Program-made: the position numbers and the translations under genes | From: Octopus sinensis | Taxonomy: Eukaryota | DNA: 64,000 bases | Assembly (NCBI RefSeq): GCF_006345805.1 | Contig: NC_043000.1 | Location: forward strand, 136,958,001-137,022,000 | Direction: 5' to 3' | Notes under the pieces: model-generated | Told to the model about the DNA's origin: nothing | Databases searched by the model: none | What the model saw: only the letters and a program-made list of their open reading frames with translations | Shown here: one piece after another, positions 12,988-27,069 of the stretch | Position numbering within the stretch: the first letter of the stretch is position 1 | How the letters are laid out: the number at the start of each line of letters is the position of its first letter

Positions 12988-13350
12988 AGGAGTGGCTGTA
13001 AGTAGCTTGGTTACCAACCACATGGTTCCGAGTTCAGTCCCACTGCGTGACACCTTGGGCAAATGTTCTTTTATTAGAGCCTCGGGCCGACCAAAGCCTT
13101 GTGAGTGGATTTGGTATAGGAAACTGAAAGAAGCCCGATGTATATATGTATATGTATATATGTGTGCGGTGTGTTTGTTTATGTGTCTGTGTTTGTCTCC
13201 CCAACATCACTTGACAACCGATGCTGGTGTGTTTCCGTCTCCGTAACTTAGCGGTTCGGCAAAAGAGACCGATAGAATAAGTACTAGGCATCCAGAGAAT
13301 AAGTCCTGGGGTCGATTTGCTCGACTAAAGGCGGTGCTCCAGCAAAAGTA
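12988..13350 (+). mobile_element. SINE family B
   Basis: Same head, body and tail as the 8044 copy. Confidence 0.88.
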
Positions 13351-13395
13351 AAAGAGTAAACCGGCCTTCGATTGGAGACCTTTCATCCTTTTTTC

Positions 13396-13429
<34 letters not shown>

Positions 13430-13431
13430 AA

Positions 13432-13750
13432 AGCGCATGGCATAGTGGTTAGCGGTATACGGCCTACGGTCTTGAGGTCGTGAGTTCGATTCCCGGCGAT
13501 GCGTTGCGTCCTTGAGCAAGACACTTTATTTCACGTTGCTCCAATACACTCAGCTGACCAAAATGACTAGTTCCTGTATTTCAAAGGACCATACGTCACA
13601 TCCTGTGTCACACTGAATCTCCCTGAGAACTGTGTTATGGAGATACGCGGGTCTGTTGAGCGCTCAGTCACTTGCTCGTTAATTTCATGAACAGCTTGTT
13701 TCGTTGATCGGATTAACTGGGGCCCTCGTCGTCGTAATCGACGGAGTGCC
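13432..13750 (+). mobile_element. SINE family C
   Basis: Collinear with 9098-9414 through to ccctcgtcgtcgtaa-cg-cggagt. Confidence 0.85.
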
Positions 13751-13871
13751 ATTTGTGTGTGTGCGTGTGCGTGCGTGTGGGTGTGTGTGTGTGTTCGCTC
13801 ATGCATGTATGAATGGATGCATACTCAGAAATCGCGTAAGATCCATATGTTAAAAACAATACACGTAAATA

Positions 13872-14351
13872 CAGTAAATCCTCGAGTATAATCCGCATTT
13901 TTTTCCCAAAATTTAAAGGTCAAAATCCCTAGTGCGTATTATACACGAGGTTAAAAATGAAAATTATTTTCTAAGCAATGTTCAAGTTTCTATTTGCTGA
14001 CCGGCAATGTTTATTCAGACGCATTTTGTGATGTCGGGTGCGAAAATAGCTTAAATCATCCATAACTTGCAGTAAGCAACATTTTTTAAACGTTATTATT
14101 GTTATTTCTTTATTTTCTGCAAATAAAATTCACAAAAATGCTACACGTTTGCATTATGTTATATATACAATAATAATAAAGTACGTTACCGTATACATTT
14201 TTACAAACCAAGGACGTTATTTGGACCTCCTTAACTCAAGTTAGAGAAGAGGTGCGTATTATACACAAGGTTTTTGTTTTTCAGAGGTACTGCCCCCTAA
14301 AAATCCCCTGCGTATTATACTCAAGGGTGGACTATACTCGAGAATTTACGG
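13872..14351. mobile_element. Non-autonomous Tc1/mariner-superfamily DNA transposon (MITE), about 480 bp, TA TSD
   Basis: TIRs cagtaaatcctcgagtataatcc and ggactatactcgagaatttacgg, TA on both sides, subterminal gcgtattatac repeats at about 13934, 14254, 14310. Confidence 0.85.
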
Positions 14352-14562
14352 TATATGTCATATTTGCTGGCCAGCCAAAATTTGAAACCAATGTATGTAA
14401 TAAAGTGAAATGTGGTCTAACATATAAATAAGTATCCATATAGATATACACTAACACTAATTATACATCTACTCCACTGCTTTCAATGTTAGAGGGTGTG
14501 TATTTTATATACGTAAATATTCATTTCTGCTTTATACGCATATGGATTATTTGATTAGAGTT

Positions 14563-14631
<69 letters not shown>

Positions 14632-14953
14632 GCAATTAAGGACAACTACTTAATAAGGAAAACTTAACAAGAAATTGTCAGGTAGATAGCGTAAAAACCT
14701 CATAAGAGAAAAAATTTCGAAAATAATTATTTCTTATTGAACATATTAATTTATATATAGAGGGCATTATATATACATGCCGGAAGGCATATATATACAC
14801 ATGCCAAACGCTAAGAGGACAATTAGTCATTTCTACCAAAAATATTCGGTGGGATTAGTAATATTTTTGGTAGAAATGACTAATTGTCCCTCTTAGCGTT
14901 TGGCATGTGTATATATAATGCCTTCTGGCATGTATATATAATGCCCTCTATAT

Positions 14954-14960
<7 letters not shown>
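14632..14960. mobile_element. TA-embedded element with a 100-bp near-perfect inverted repeat (Penelope-like, putative)
   Basis: 14748-14846 pairs with 14860-14960 around a 13-nt spacer; (TA)n on both sides. Confidence 0.6.
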
Positions 14961-14990
<30 letters not shown>

Positions 14991-14993
<3 letters not shown>

Positions 14994-15193
14994 GTGGGGT
15001 GGTGAAAAGTTCATGCTCTGAGAGTATCGCAAAAGGCTTTGCTGGATACCCAACCTTCGGAGTTCTTTTACAGGGCTTAGAAAAACTGAAGGACCCCTGC
15101 AATAAGTGTGTAAATCTGAGAAGGGAATATGTTGAATAAAATCATAATTAACTGTAGTTTCTTTTACCGAAAGCCAGGAACATTTCAGCACCA
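14991..15193 (+). mobile_element. Mariner-derived MITE retaining the transposase C-terminus
   Basis: TIR-like gtgaaaagttc and gccaggaacatttcagcacc; internal frame QGLEKLKDPCNKCVNLRREYVE* matches the mariner C-terminal pattern; second copy at 51248-51451. Confidence 0.75.
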
Positions 15194-15224
15194 CACACAC
15201 ACACACACATTCACACAGATAGAC

Positions 15225-15285
<61 letters not shown>

Positions 15286-15288
15286 TAT

Positions 15289-15534
15289 TTTATCTTTTAC
15301 TTGTTTCAGTTATTAGACTGAGGCCATGTTGATGCGCCACCCTTAAGAAATTTAGTCGAACGAATCAACACAAGTACCTCTTGTTTAAGCTGGGTACCTA
15401 TTCTGTCGGTCATTTTGCCGGACGTTATGGAGAAGGAAACACACCAGGTTATCAATCGGTGGGTGGGGGGGGGGGACAAACATACACATACATACAAATA
15501 CCATATATATATATAATATATATATTATATTATA

Positions 15535-15589
<55 letters not shown>

Positions 15590-15740
15590 TCTTCTTTCAG
15601 TCTGTTTACCAAATTAACTCAAGGCTTTGGTCAGCCCGCGACTATAGTAGAAGACACGAGCCCAAGGTGCCACGCAGTGGGACTGAACCTCGGAACCATG
15701 TGGTTGGTAAGCAAACTCCTAACCACAGAGTCACACCTCC
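15289..15740 (-). mobile_element. SINE family B, diverged, with expanded internal (TA)n
   Basis: Tail and head motifs recognisable on the minus strand. Confidence 0.8.
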
Positions 15741-16498
15741 ATAGATGTGTGTGTGTGTGTGTGTACTTTTATGATGTATATATATATAGTTGTATATATA
15801 TAATTTTATGGTGTTTAAAAAAAATTCATTTCTAAACGACAACCAAAAGCGTTATTCTCCCTTTCTTTTCGTGGTTTGTTATTAATTTGGGTTAGTAAAT
15901 ATGAGAAAGAACGTGTATTTTTGAGTGTACAGCACCACTCTGTTCTTTGAGATGTCACAGGACAACTTTTTGTACTTTCACTATTATTCTGAGAAAGTAT
16001 TTCTATTGAGAGATGATTAAATAAAAACCACTAAAGGCAATCAACTCGACTGTACCCACCCCATGCTAACAGTGATATAAACACAAAACAGATGTGTTCT
16101 AAGTGGTGAGACATATAATGTCTCACTTAACGTTTTAAACGTTGAAAAGAAAACAGTTTTCAGCACATTTACTCGCACGCATAATCTTACTCCGTTGGTC
16201 TCCCTTCTTCCATATGTTGTCTCTTTCTATGTCTTACACTTGCCCTTTATCTCTCGCTGACACTCGCACGAACATACACACACATATAAGCAATCGTTTA
16301 TAATGAATAATATCGAACTTATCGTCTCGCAAGTTTATAGTATAGAATTAGTCAAATATTCGCAATGACTTAATATAAATAAAATATTACATCTTGATTC
16401 ACTTATATATATATCTAGAAAAGAAAATATTGTTTTGACACAGCCCAAGGCAAGCGAGAAAAGCGATAGCCAGTATTGTTCAAGAACCAGTTTTATTC

Positions 16499-16912
16499 CG
16501 AGCTGGCAGAAACGTTAGCGCGCCGGGTGAAATGCGTAGCCGTATTTCGTCTGCGTTACGTTGTGAGTTCAAATTCCGCCGAGGTCGACTTTGCCTTTCA
16601 TCCTTTCGGGGTCGATAAATTAAGTACCAGTTTACGCACTGGGGTCGATGTAATCGACTTAATACCTATGTCTGTCCTTGTTTGTCCCCTCTATGTTTAG
16701 CCCCTTGTGGGTAGTAAAGAAATAGGTATTTCGCCTGCCGTTCGTTACGTTGTGAGTTCAAATTCCGCCGAGGTCGACTTTGCCTTTCATCCTTTCGGGG
16801 TCGATAAATTAGTACCGTTACGCACTGGGGTCGATGTAATCGACTTAATCCGTTTGTCTGTCCTTGTTTGTCCCCTCTATGTTTAGCCCCTTGTGGGTAA
16901 TAAAGAAATAGG
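16499..16912 (+). mobile_element. SINE family A dimer
   Basis: One head and two bodies joined at aaagaaataggtatttcg; period about 184 bp. Confidence 0.9.
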
Positions 16913-17333
16913 TAAGAAATACAAGATCGATTCTGGAAAGATTTGACTTGACAATAAATGAGACTTGGAAAAGCCTCCGAGTTCTGATTCTCTGCTGACT
17001 GCTGATGTTAGCATCTCCAACACAATACCTCCCACTCATGTACTTACTGCTTGCCCGGAAAAACAAATTTGACAACAAATATGCGAGACAAATTGTTGCG
17101 GTTAACCGCCTCAACCTTTAGCTAACTGTTATTGCTTAACACTCCCGCTGTCTCTAGTCGCTTTGCACACACAGCACACACACAAACTACTGCACAAACA
17201 ATCTCACACACACACACACTAGTTTGTTCAGTAGTTCAAATCTTAGCTTCGAAAAATATAAAGCTAAAACATAACATAAAAAAAGGAAACCGCGTGTGTA
17301 TATATATATATGTATGTGTTTATATCTCATTTA

Positions 17334-17368
<35 letters not shown>

Positions 17369-17699
17369 CAAGATGACGGTAATAGCGAACCTGGCGAACT
17401 GGTAACTTTAACCTCTGGTGCTAAAAGCTTTCAGCTTGTAAGTGCACCCCTTCTTCAAATAACATGCTATATCCGCGATAGGATATCAATCAAAGGAAAA
17501 CGGTCTCCATTCTAACTAGTATTCATTCATATTATTTGCTTTGTCTTTAGTTTTTATTAATAACAGTTTGTTTTTTTTTGTTTTCTTTGCCTTTTCTTTC
17601 TTTCTTTTTGTCGCATGCGCTTTCGATTTCTGTCAATTTTCGTCTCTTCTTTCTGTCTTTCCGTATCTTTTATTTCTCGCAAACCACCTCTCTATCAAA

Positions 17700-18200
17700 T
17701 CTCTCTCTCTCTCTCTACCTTCTCTTATTCATATCTCTCTCTCTCCCTCTCTTCCTCTCTCTCTCTCCACCTTCTCTTATTCATATCTCTCTCTCTCCCT
17801 CTCTTCCTCTCTCTTCCACCTTCTCTTATTCATATCTCTCTCTCTCCCTCTCTTCCTCTCTCTCTCTCCACATTCTCTTATTCATATCTTTCTCTCCCTC
17901 TCTTCCTCTCTCTTTCACCTTCTCTTATTCATATCTCTCTCTCTCCCTCTCTTCCTCTCTCTCTCTCCACCTTCTCTTATTCATATCTTTCTCTCCCTCT
18001 CTTCCTCTCTCTCTCTCCACCTTCTCTTGTTCATATCTTTCTCTCCCTCTCTTCCTCTCTCTCTCCACATTCTCTTATTCATATCTTTCTCTCCCTCTCT
18101 TCCTCTCTCTTTCCACCTTCTCTTATTCATATCTCTCTCTCTCCCTCTCTTCCTCTCTCTCTCTCCACCTTCTCTTATTCATATCTTTCTCTTCCTCTCC
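17700..18200. repeat. Polypyrimidine minisatellite, about 48-52-bp unit, about 10 copies
   Basis: Unit ttctcttattcatatct(ct)nccctctcttcctctctct...ccacc repeated head to tail. Confidence 0.93.
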
Positions 18201-18779
18201 TTCTATCTCCCCCTGCGATTATTCTCCACCTGTTTGCCTATTCATTCTGTTAATCCTTCTTTCACTCTGTCACTTCGTTTAACTTTCTCTCTTTCTGTTC
18301 CTTTCTTTTCGCCTCTCTCTCTCTTTCTTTCTTTCCCTCTCTCTCTTTCTCTCTGCACCTATTAATTCCCAAATCTTCCACCTTCTCAATTCAGCATTAA
18401 ATTCCCCCCCCCCACTAACTCTCTTTTTCCTACTTTCATTTATTTTCCTCCCTCTCTCTTTCTCCTTTACACAATCTCTCGCTCTTCCTCCCATTCTCTC
18501 TCTCCTTCGATTTATTTTCTTTATTCTCTTATTCTTCACATTCTGGTATTCTTTATCCCTCAACCTTCTAAATTTTCTCACTGTCGCTTCCTTTCAGTTT
18601 CTCCTTTCCTCCAATTCTTCCTCACACTCTCCCCATCATATCCTTATTTTACATCATTTCTTCTTCTCTACCTCTTCTTCCATTTTCGCTTTCTATTATT
18701 CCCTCTCAACTTCATTTTGGTTTTCTCCTACCATTTCCTTCTTCTTCTCCTCCACTCCTCCCCTTTTCTTGTATGCTTT

Positions 18780-18822
<43 letters not shown>

Positions 18823-18989
18823 CTTTATATTTTCTAATGCTTTTCTCTTTCTCTTCAACTTTCCTAACTTAACATTGCTTTTTCACCCATTGTGACTCAA
18901 TTACATGACGTACGTCATGTAAGTGTATGTATGTGTATGTGTGTGTGTAAAAAGATGCATGGGTATGTATGTGTGTGTGTGTGTGCATA

Positions 18990-19089
18990 TATATATAGTT
19001 AAGGATATGTTTGTATACATAATATACGCATGTATAGTCACACACACACACATATACATAGTAATAAACATAACACATATGTAAGTGTG

Positions 19090-19127
<38 letters not shown>

Positions 19128-19132
19128 TATAT

Positions 19133-19229
<97 letters not shown>

Positions 19230-19489
19230 AATAATATATATATATATATATTATATATGTAAATATATATATATTATATATGTAAATTATTATATATATA
19301 TATATATATAGATATATATGTAAATATTATATATATATATAATATATATATATATGTAAATATATATATATATATATATATGTAAATGTAAATATATATA
19401 TATATGTAAATATATATATATATGTAAATATATATATATATGTAAATATATATATATATGTAAATATATTATATGTAAATATACAGATG

Positions 19490-19526
<37 letters not shown>

Positions 19527-19670
19527 AGGATATGTTTATATACATAATATACGCATATATAGTCACACACATATACATAGTAATAAACATACACAATGTA
19601 TATATATATATATATATACATATATATAGTCACACACACATATACATAGTAATAAACATACACACATATG

Positions 19671-19711
<41 letters not shown>

Positions 19712-19821
19712 ATTTACATATACATATATATATATGTATATTTACATATACATATATATATACATATTCATGCGCGAGTATACGGGAATACACGCAGGCA
19801 CGTGTGTAAATTGTATATAAT

Positions 19822-19860
<39 letters not shown>
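18990..19860. repeat. Compound (TA)n satellite with gtaaat interruptions and a duplicated non-TA unit
   Basis: (AT)n-gtaaat repeats at 19130-19480; tagtcacacacacatatacatagtaataaacata at about 19035, 19560, 19627. Confidence 0.9.
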
Positions 19861-19863
<3 letters not shown>

Positions 19864-21026
19864 CGTGTGTGTGTGGGTGTAATATAGATTCGTTCTTTCC
19901 CTCTATTCCTTCATTTTCTCAACTATCGCTTCATGCACTTTCTTGTTGGCTCGCATTACACGATCATTTTTATTTTCTATAATGGCATTTTAGCGCTACA
20001 CATATAGTCAAAACACTTTACCACACGCATTTTCTCATTTCCCTATACGCCTCCATTCTATCTTCGTTTCGTTCCTAACTCGCACACTTTTATCTCGCTA
20101 AGTGCATAGACACAAACAAACGCGTGATCTAGAAAGCACGCATAAACACAAAAACCTGTCAAACATGCTCTCTCTTTTTCTAATATATATATATATATAT
20201 AGCTTTTTCTCTCTCTATCTATCTATCTATCTATCTAGCTATCTCTATTGCTTTATCTATCAATCTATTTTTCCCCCACCTCTCTGTCTCTCTCTTTCTC
20301 TCTTTCTGTTAACACGCACAAATTCAGCTTCGACTTCGTGCCAAACAGCAAAATACGAATATAATCTTCTACTCTGTTCTTTCTGTATTTAGATGATGAT
20401 TTTTACTGTATCAGAGTCTGTTTAGGAAATCTAAGCAAAAATTTATCTACAACATTCGAGGGTCTTTCTCAGTATTGGTTTATCATTTTTTGTGGACATT
20501 ACTCACTCTCAAAATACATTATTATTTATTATACAGCTTTGCTTTTCGTCCTTTCAGACTCGGTAAAAAGTAAAATATCAGTCAAGAACTGGGGTTGATA
20601 TAATCGACTAGCAAGCACCCTTTCCGAAATTTCAAGCCTTGTGCCTTTATTAAAAACAATAATTATTAAGAAAGCGTCCTGACAAGAATCGCGTCGGATG
20701 AAATCGTGTCGAATGAAATGGCGAACGGCATTTTTCTGGCTCTTTACGTTCTATGTTCAAATCCCGTCGAGACAAACTTGTTAGTCATCCTTTCATCGCA
20801 GTCATAATAATTGTCAGATACTGAGGTTGATATAATCGAGAGGTTCTTCCCCCCCCCTCTATTTCAGCCCTCACCCCTATTGCAGAAAGTACTATTACTA
20901 TTTTTTTCTTTCTTCCAATTTTGTTTTCATTTCTTGCCGAGTGTCTTCCCGACACTTAGGGCAAAAAGCATATTATTGTTGTTGCTGTTGTTGTTGTTGT
21001 TGTTCTTGTTCTTCTTATTATTATTA

Positions 21027-21059
<33 letters not shown>

Positions 21060-21289
21060 TATTATTATTATCATCAAGGTGGTGAGCGAGCAAAATCGTT
21101 AGCATGCCGGGCAAAATGCTTAGCGACATTTCGTCCATCTTTACGTTCTGAGTTCAAATTCCGCCATGGTTGACTTTACCTTTCAGCCTTTCGGTCGAGT
21201 ATCGAGTTGAGTAGTGGGGTTGATGTATCGACTATCCCCATCCCACCAAATTCCAGACCTTGTGCCTGTAGTAGAAAAGGCTATCATAT

Positions 21290-21572
21290 TATTATTACCT
21301 CTTTATCACAGGTTTTGTTAAAGCTCCTGGAGTCTTACATACGTAGCGGGCTTACTACCTGCAGCCTACGGCACCATGCTCTTCATTCTTTTCAGCTATC
21401 AAATACTTTCCTGATTATTCTGGCCGTGCCAAGGCGGCAAACCTTTCGTAACGGTTCTACTGGGCACTCTGTTCTATTTTCCTTTATATTCTTCTTGATG
21501 CCTTCCGATACTGTTCCCTAGGACCCAACAATGATTGACACTATTTTTACCTTCATTTTTCATAGCCAGGTT
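21290..21572 (-). pseudogene. 3' fragment of an R4/Dong-like (restriction-like endonuclease) non-LTR retrotransposon
   Basis: Minus translation KMKVKIVSIIVGS*GTVSEGIKKNIKE...LRKVCRLGTARIIRKVFDS* fits the PVVIGALG...LGTARILRKVL C-terminal pattern. Confidence 0.7.
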
Positions 21573-23966
21573 TTTGTAATTTCATTTGTCAAAAAAAAAA
21601 TCACTCGAAAATCATTGACCGCGTATTTATAAGAAAAATCCGGAAATTAAGACGTTATAATATGTCAAACGAATTAAACAGCAAACGAAGAAATAGATAA
21701 AAAAATTTACGTCCCTCTAACTGTCGATGTAGAAAAATCACAATTGAAAATGATGACATAACAGGGTATTTTTCAAATTCTACAGAACGTCTTCTTTCAT
21801 AAAAACATTGAAATACGTTGTGACAGACGGACGGACAGAGAAACACGGCTGTTATTATAATCTTTTCTACTCTAGGCACAAGGCCCAACATTTTGGGAGA
21901 GGGGCCAGTCAATTAGATTGACCCAAGTACGCAACTGATACTTAATTTATCGACCCCGAAAGGATGAAAGGTAAAGTCAACCCCGGCGGAATTTACGGCT
22001 TTTATTATAATATATAGATTACGACCCTCTTGGCAGAATCGTAAGTGCGTCGGTCAAAATGCTTTGCGGCATTTCTTCCGGAATTTTACGTTTTGAATTC
22101 AAATCTCACTTTCGGGGTCGATGAGTCGATGTAATCGATTAACCCTACTCTGCCAAACTTATTGCTTAGTTCTTAAATTAAAATCATATATAAGGACATT
22201 ATCATTCAGTAAACACACAAGAACGATCACTTGACTGCTGCGGAAAGCTAGAATCGTCTAGAGAATAAATCATGTTTATCGAGGAAGATTTCAGTGTTTT
22301 ATTAAATAACAGCGTGATACCAATGATGAAATATGTACAGATGACGATTACCCAGACAAAATAGAAAGAAAGGAGAAAAAGAGAGAAAGAAAGAAAAGGA
22401 AGGTAATGTTGTGCATCGTGAGAGAGCCATTGCTCCATAGCTAAGAAGATCACTTCGCAAACCATGTGGTTTTGTTTCACTTCCACTGGGCGACAACTTG
22501 GGCGTGAGTAATTTATATTTCTGGGCTGAACAAAGCTTTGTGGGTGAATTTGATAGACAGAAAGTGTAGAAGTCCGGCATACATGCATTCATATATATAT
22601 ATGTGTGAATCCCTTACCGCTTAACAACCTGTGTTCGTATTTTTTTTTAATATTCTGTTTTATTTAACGCCCCTGTAACTTAGTGGTTCGATAAAAAAAA
22701 TTCAGATGGAATAAATATACAAGTGAAAATGACTATTGAAGTTGATTTGATCGACTAAACTCTTCGAGGTGGTGCCCTAGGACGGCTACATATCATCGAC
22801 TGAACCAAATTAAATTTGTAAAAAGAAAGTGGAATAACTTTTTCGTCATGAGCAGGAAAAGTTTAGTGTTTTGGACAAAACTGGTCATTTGGAGAGAGAT
22901 AAAATGTTTACAGGTTTTGGAGGAAAGTAAATGTTTCATATCTCTCTCTTTCTGCCCGCTTCTCTCTCTCTCTCTCTCTCTCTCTGGTTTTCTGAGGTTT
23001 TATCCGAAACACTAGAATTCGCATCTTTCTCACGACCTAAAATTTCTCCGAATCTTTGAACTCATTGTATAATGAACTCATTGAATACAGGAGCTTTTTG
23101 TCAAATAAACATGAAATGAATTTTTAAAAAAACACTGAAGGAAAAAGAAAAAAAGAATGTAGCAAAATATCAAATAATCTGTTTGATATTACGGTATCAA
23201 CCATTCAGTAAATAATATCCCTAGCGACTCTAGTTTAATCGTGACATTCATGTTTTTTTCCCCATGAGCATTAGCAAAACAAGTGAACTGAATATAGCTG
23301 TGACCAATAGTAAAATCGTGTTAGCAGACTCGTCTCGCCGAGGGGTTTAATCCCTTTATTCCGGAGCTATCATTTAACTTTGAATGATATGTGTGTGTGT
23401 ATGTGACCAGAGAAACATCTTCAAACAAAATATTGGTTTCATTTCATGAAATAATGCAATGAGCGTTGCGTAACTTTTTAAGAGTCTGCATTTATCCTCT
23501 AAACGTGGCAAATTGAATCATGGGAAATTTATTTCTTTATACTACTGATGTATATATTTCGCATCTCGGTAGTCTTTGTCTTGGTGAATACGTTCAAAAT
23601 TGATAAATTAAGTTTAGTTTACTCATGAAATTTCAGTAAAGCATAAACGCAACTAATTTCCTAATCAACTTTCTGCCGTTTGAAAAGACCCAATAGCAAA
23701 TTCCACCGCAGTAAAACATTTCTCATATTATCTCCCATAAAATTGAATGACAGTTGACCGCAAGTTATCTTCTCTTAAGACCCGTTTTGTATATTTCGTT
23801 TTGTGTTGTTGTTATTAAGTCCTTCAGGCCGTTTCTGATTGAGTAAACCTATAATCAGAAGTATTTCAATCGTGACCATCATGTTCTATTAGTGCCATGT
23901 CTGTCTGGCCAGCAAACAGAGAGCAACTATGTACGCTGCATCACCAGTACCTTTGAATCCTTGTAT

Positions 23967-24390
23967 GGCGCAGGTGTAACTGTGTAAGAAGAAGCTTGCT
24001 TCCCAACAACATGGTTCAGGGTTCAGTTCCATTGCATGGCAACTTGGGCAAGTGGTTTCAACTATAGCTGTTCAAAGGCAGATCGGGGGGGGGGCAGCGC
24101 TAAGGGGCACATGCTTCCCCTCAAGAAGTGCGCCCTTCTAAATAATGGTATTACGCCCTTTTTCCTGGAATTGTATTCCCATCTGACTTTGTGCCCACCC
24201 TTCGAAAAATTCCTGGGACTTGCCCTCGTCTCGAGCCGACTAAAGCCTTATGAGTGGCAACTAAAAGAAGCCTGTTGTGTATATATGTGTATGTGTTTGT
24301 CACCCTCCACGCTTAACCACTGGTGCTGGTGTATTTATGTACCCGTAATATAGCGGTTCGGCAAAAGACACCGATAAAGTAAATGCTAGG
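23967..24390 (+). mobile_element. Diverged SINE family B interrupted by a 155-bp GC-rich hAT-like MITE (about 24073-24228)
   Basis: The SINE breaks after actatagc and resumes at ctcgagccgactaaagcc; insert ends caaaggcagatcgggggg and aattcctgggacttgccctcg. Confidence 0.6.
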
Positions 24391-24617
24391 TGCCCCAGGA
24401 AAAATAAACCGGTTACTGGTCTTTACCATTCGGTACTCCAATGAATACCTCACGTTATTATATATAACTTTTACAGATTATGGAATCATAAAATTATATA
24501 CAGCTGCAGACCAGCTCAAAGATGATACCAACGGTGTTGTATTGTTTGTTGACTCTATGTGTACTTTCTTCTCCATATTGTACTGTTATTCTATGTTAAT
24601 ATATGCATCACGCTCTA

Positions 24618-24653
<36 letters not shown>

Positions 24654-25434
24654 ATCTATCTATCTATCTATTTCTCTCTTGCTCTCCCTCCCTCTCTCTC
24701 TCTCACACACTCACAACTCTCGAGTCTATTGATCCTTGGTATTATCTCCCCTTCTATTCGGATGTCGTGTCGTGTCGTGATGTACTGATCAAAAGGTCAC
24801 GCTGCAGTCACTTGCTGTCCTTAATAGCTTTGATCAGTTTATATACAATGCTACCAAAATTTACATAAGAATGACATAACTGTTGTGATATCATGACACT
24901 CACTCCATCTACTGTTAGTTGTCGAAAGCGACCAACGCTAATCTATTTGTTCTGCTTGTTCATGCGGTCTTCATGTTTTGTCCGTGTATCACGTTAAGAG
25001 TAGTAAATCGAATGGAGAAAGACATATTTAGAGAGTTATTGTTATTATCATATTGTTGTTATTTATTATCATTATTTCCTTCTTATGTTTAAATACATTT
25101 CAGTATTATGACAGCAGACAGATACATACATTGGCAGAAAAGAAAGTATATGATAATTAATGAGACAAGCAGACGATAGATAGACAGACAGACACGGAAG
25201 TTGATAAGTCTACCGATATACCAATAGATATGCAGATAAAGAGATATGTTAATAAATATATAAATAGGTAGATAGTTGAACTGAAAAGAAATCTTGAATT
25301 TAAAAGTACAATTTCGATTAAACGATGGGTTTTCAAAAGAATCTTTTGAAATGCCTTGCCTTGTGTTTGATATATTAACATAATTTTTTCAAATATGGAA
25401 ATTCCACGATGTAAGTCAGCATGAGTCCTGCTAA

Positions 25435-25819
25435 TCTCTCTCTATATAAACGGCAGTTTGTCTGTGCGTGTTTCTGTGTGTCTGTTTGCTTGTACTCTCA
25501 CTCTGACCACAGCTTTCAACCGATTCTGATGAAACTTGACACACTCATAGCCCAATGTCATAATTCAAAACTAACGCAGCGAAAATTTTGAAAAGTTCCC
25601 CCAGTTCTGAAAAAAATCGATAAATTCGACATGGGGTCGAGAATCAGGAACACAAACCACAAACTGTGTAGGGGACGCAACTCCACCTTTTTTAACTATC
25701 AAAAAAAAATTTACCATCATTTTTTTCCATTTTTTTGCTATTTTTTGGCTATAACTCTCAAAAAATGCTTTATAGTTATTTCCCTTACAAACCTGAGCAA
25801 CGCCGGGCGATACTGCTAG
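25435..25819 (+). mobile_element. Non-autonomous Helitron
   Basis: 5' TC followed by tatataaa and gtctgt repeats; 3' hairpin cctgagcaacgccggg then CTAG|T; 3' end shared with 39075-39473. Confidence 0.78.
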
Positions 25820-26852
25820 TTGTTATTATTCGTCAGTTGTCGGTGTCGCTTCACAATCAGTCGCATTTGCGACTAGGTGTTTGTTCACCTTCTCTCGAAG
25901 TTAAGATAATTTCAATAAGAGTCCTGTATCTTATATAGTATTTAATATGCCTTCATTCATCTTTGTTTTTCAAATTCATGTCACTGGTCACTTTAAGTTA
26001 TTTCTCTTAGTTCGTTTTTTGTATAACATGCATAACTATGTTTATATGCGGACACACATACATATATAACTCGATACTAAATTTGTCGAGTGCTCTGTTC
26101 ATTTTCTCTGCGATGCCTCATATCGTTTGTACAATTTATAATGGTCGGTATAGCATGTCACGGCAACATTGACTTATCAATCAGTAAAGAATGTAAATAC
26201 AACCAATGTGCAGTCATCTACATTTCTCTGTATCATGAACTGATTTTATGATTTTCGACTATACTAATACTCTCCCTTTATTTTAGTTTTGTATTTTTTT
26301 TCTTATGACAAATACATGTAAACTATCAAAATGTAACACAAAAAAAAACAAAAAAAAAACAGTTGTTGTGTACAAGTGTATACATATTTTTCCGCGAATT
26401 GCTTTGATTCAGAAAATTAGCTTTGCGCATATTCCTGTTTTTGAACATATTTCCCTTTTTATGCTCCATGCATTTATTTCATTTTTTCTTATTGCAACAT
26501 GCCTCGGTTTATGGGTGAGATTTCGGAGGACAATACAAAAGATTATATTTGATATATGAATATGACGGGTGTGGTGAATCCTTGACCGAGAATTCACATC
26601 TCTAAACGATAACGCTCTCGTTTTATTTTCCTTTTAGTTTTCTTATTAACCAGTTGACTCATTGTGAAATGAAAGCTTTCCCATTTGTGCCGAATTATCG
26701 TGGCACTAACGTTTCAGCGAAAACATTGATATAAATCGACACGACAAGATAAGCTTTCAGTTTATAAAGCTTCTCAGAATGTATCTCCAAGCTTTAAAGA
26801 CTGGGTTTATGTCGTGTACTTTTAGCATTGGCCTTTCATTATAAGAATTGTG

Positions 26853-27021
26853 CACAGGAGTGGCTGTGTGGTAAGTAGCTTGTTTACCAACCACATGGTT
26901 CCGGGTTCAGTCCCACTGCGTGGCATCTTGGGCAAGTGTCTTCTACTATAGCCTCGGGCCGACCAAAGCCTTGTGAGTGGATTTGGTAGACGGAAACTGA
27001 AAGAAGCCCGTCGTATATATG

Positions 27022-27069
<48 letters not shown>

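Noticed and set aside
17700-18200. CRISPR-like periodicity (also the SINE multimers and the 361-bp array)
   Set aside because: No unique spacers, no cas genes, eukaryotic context.
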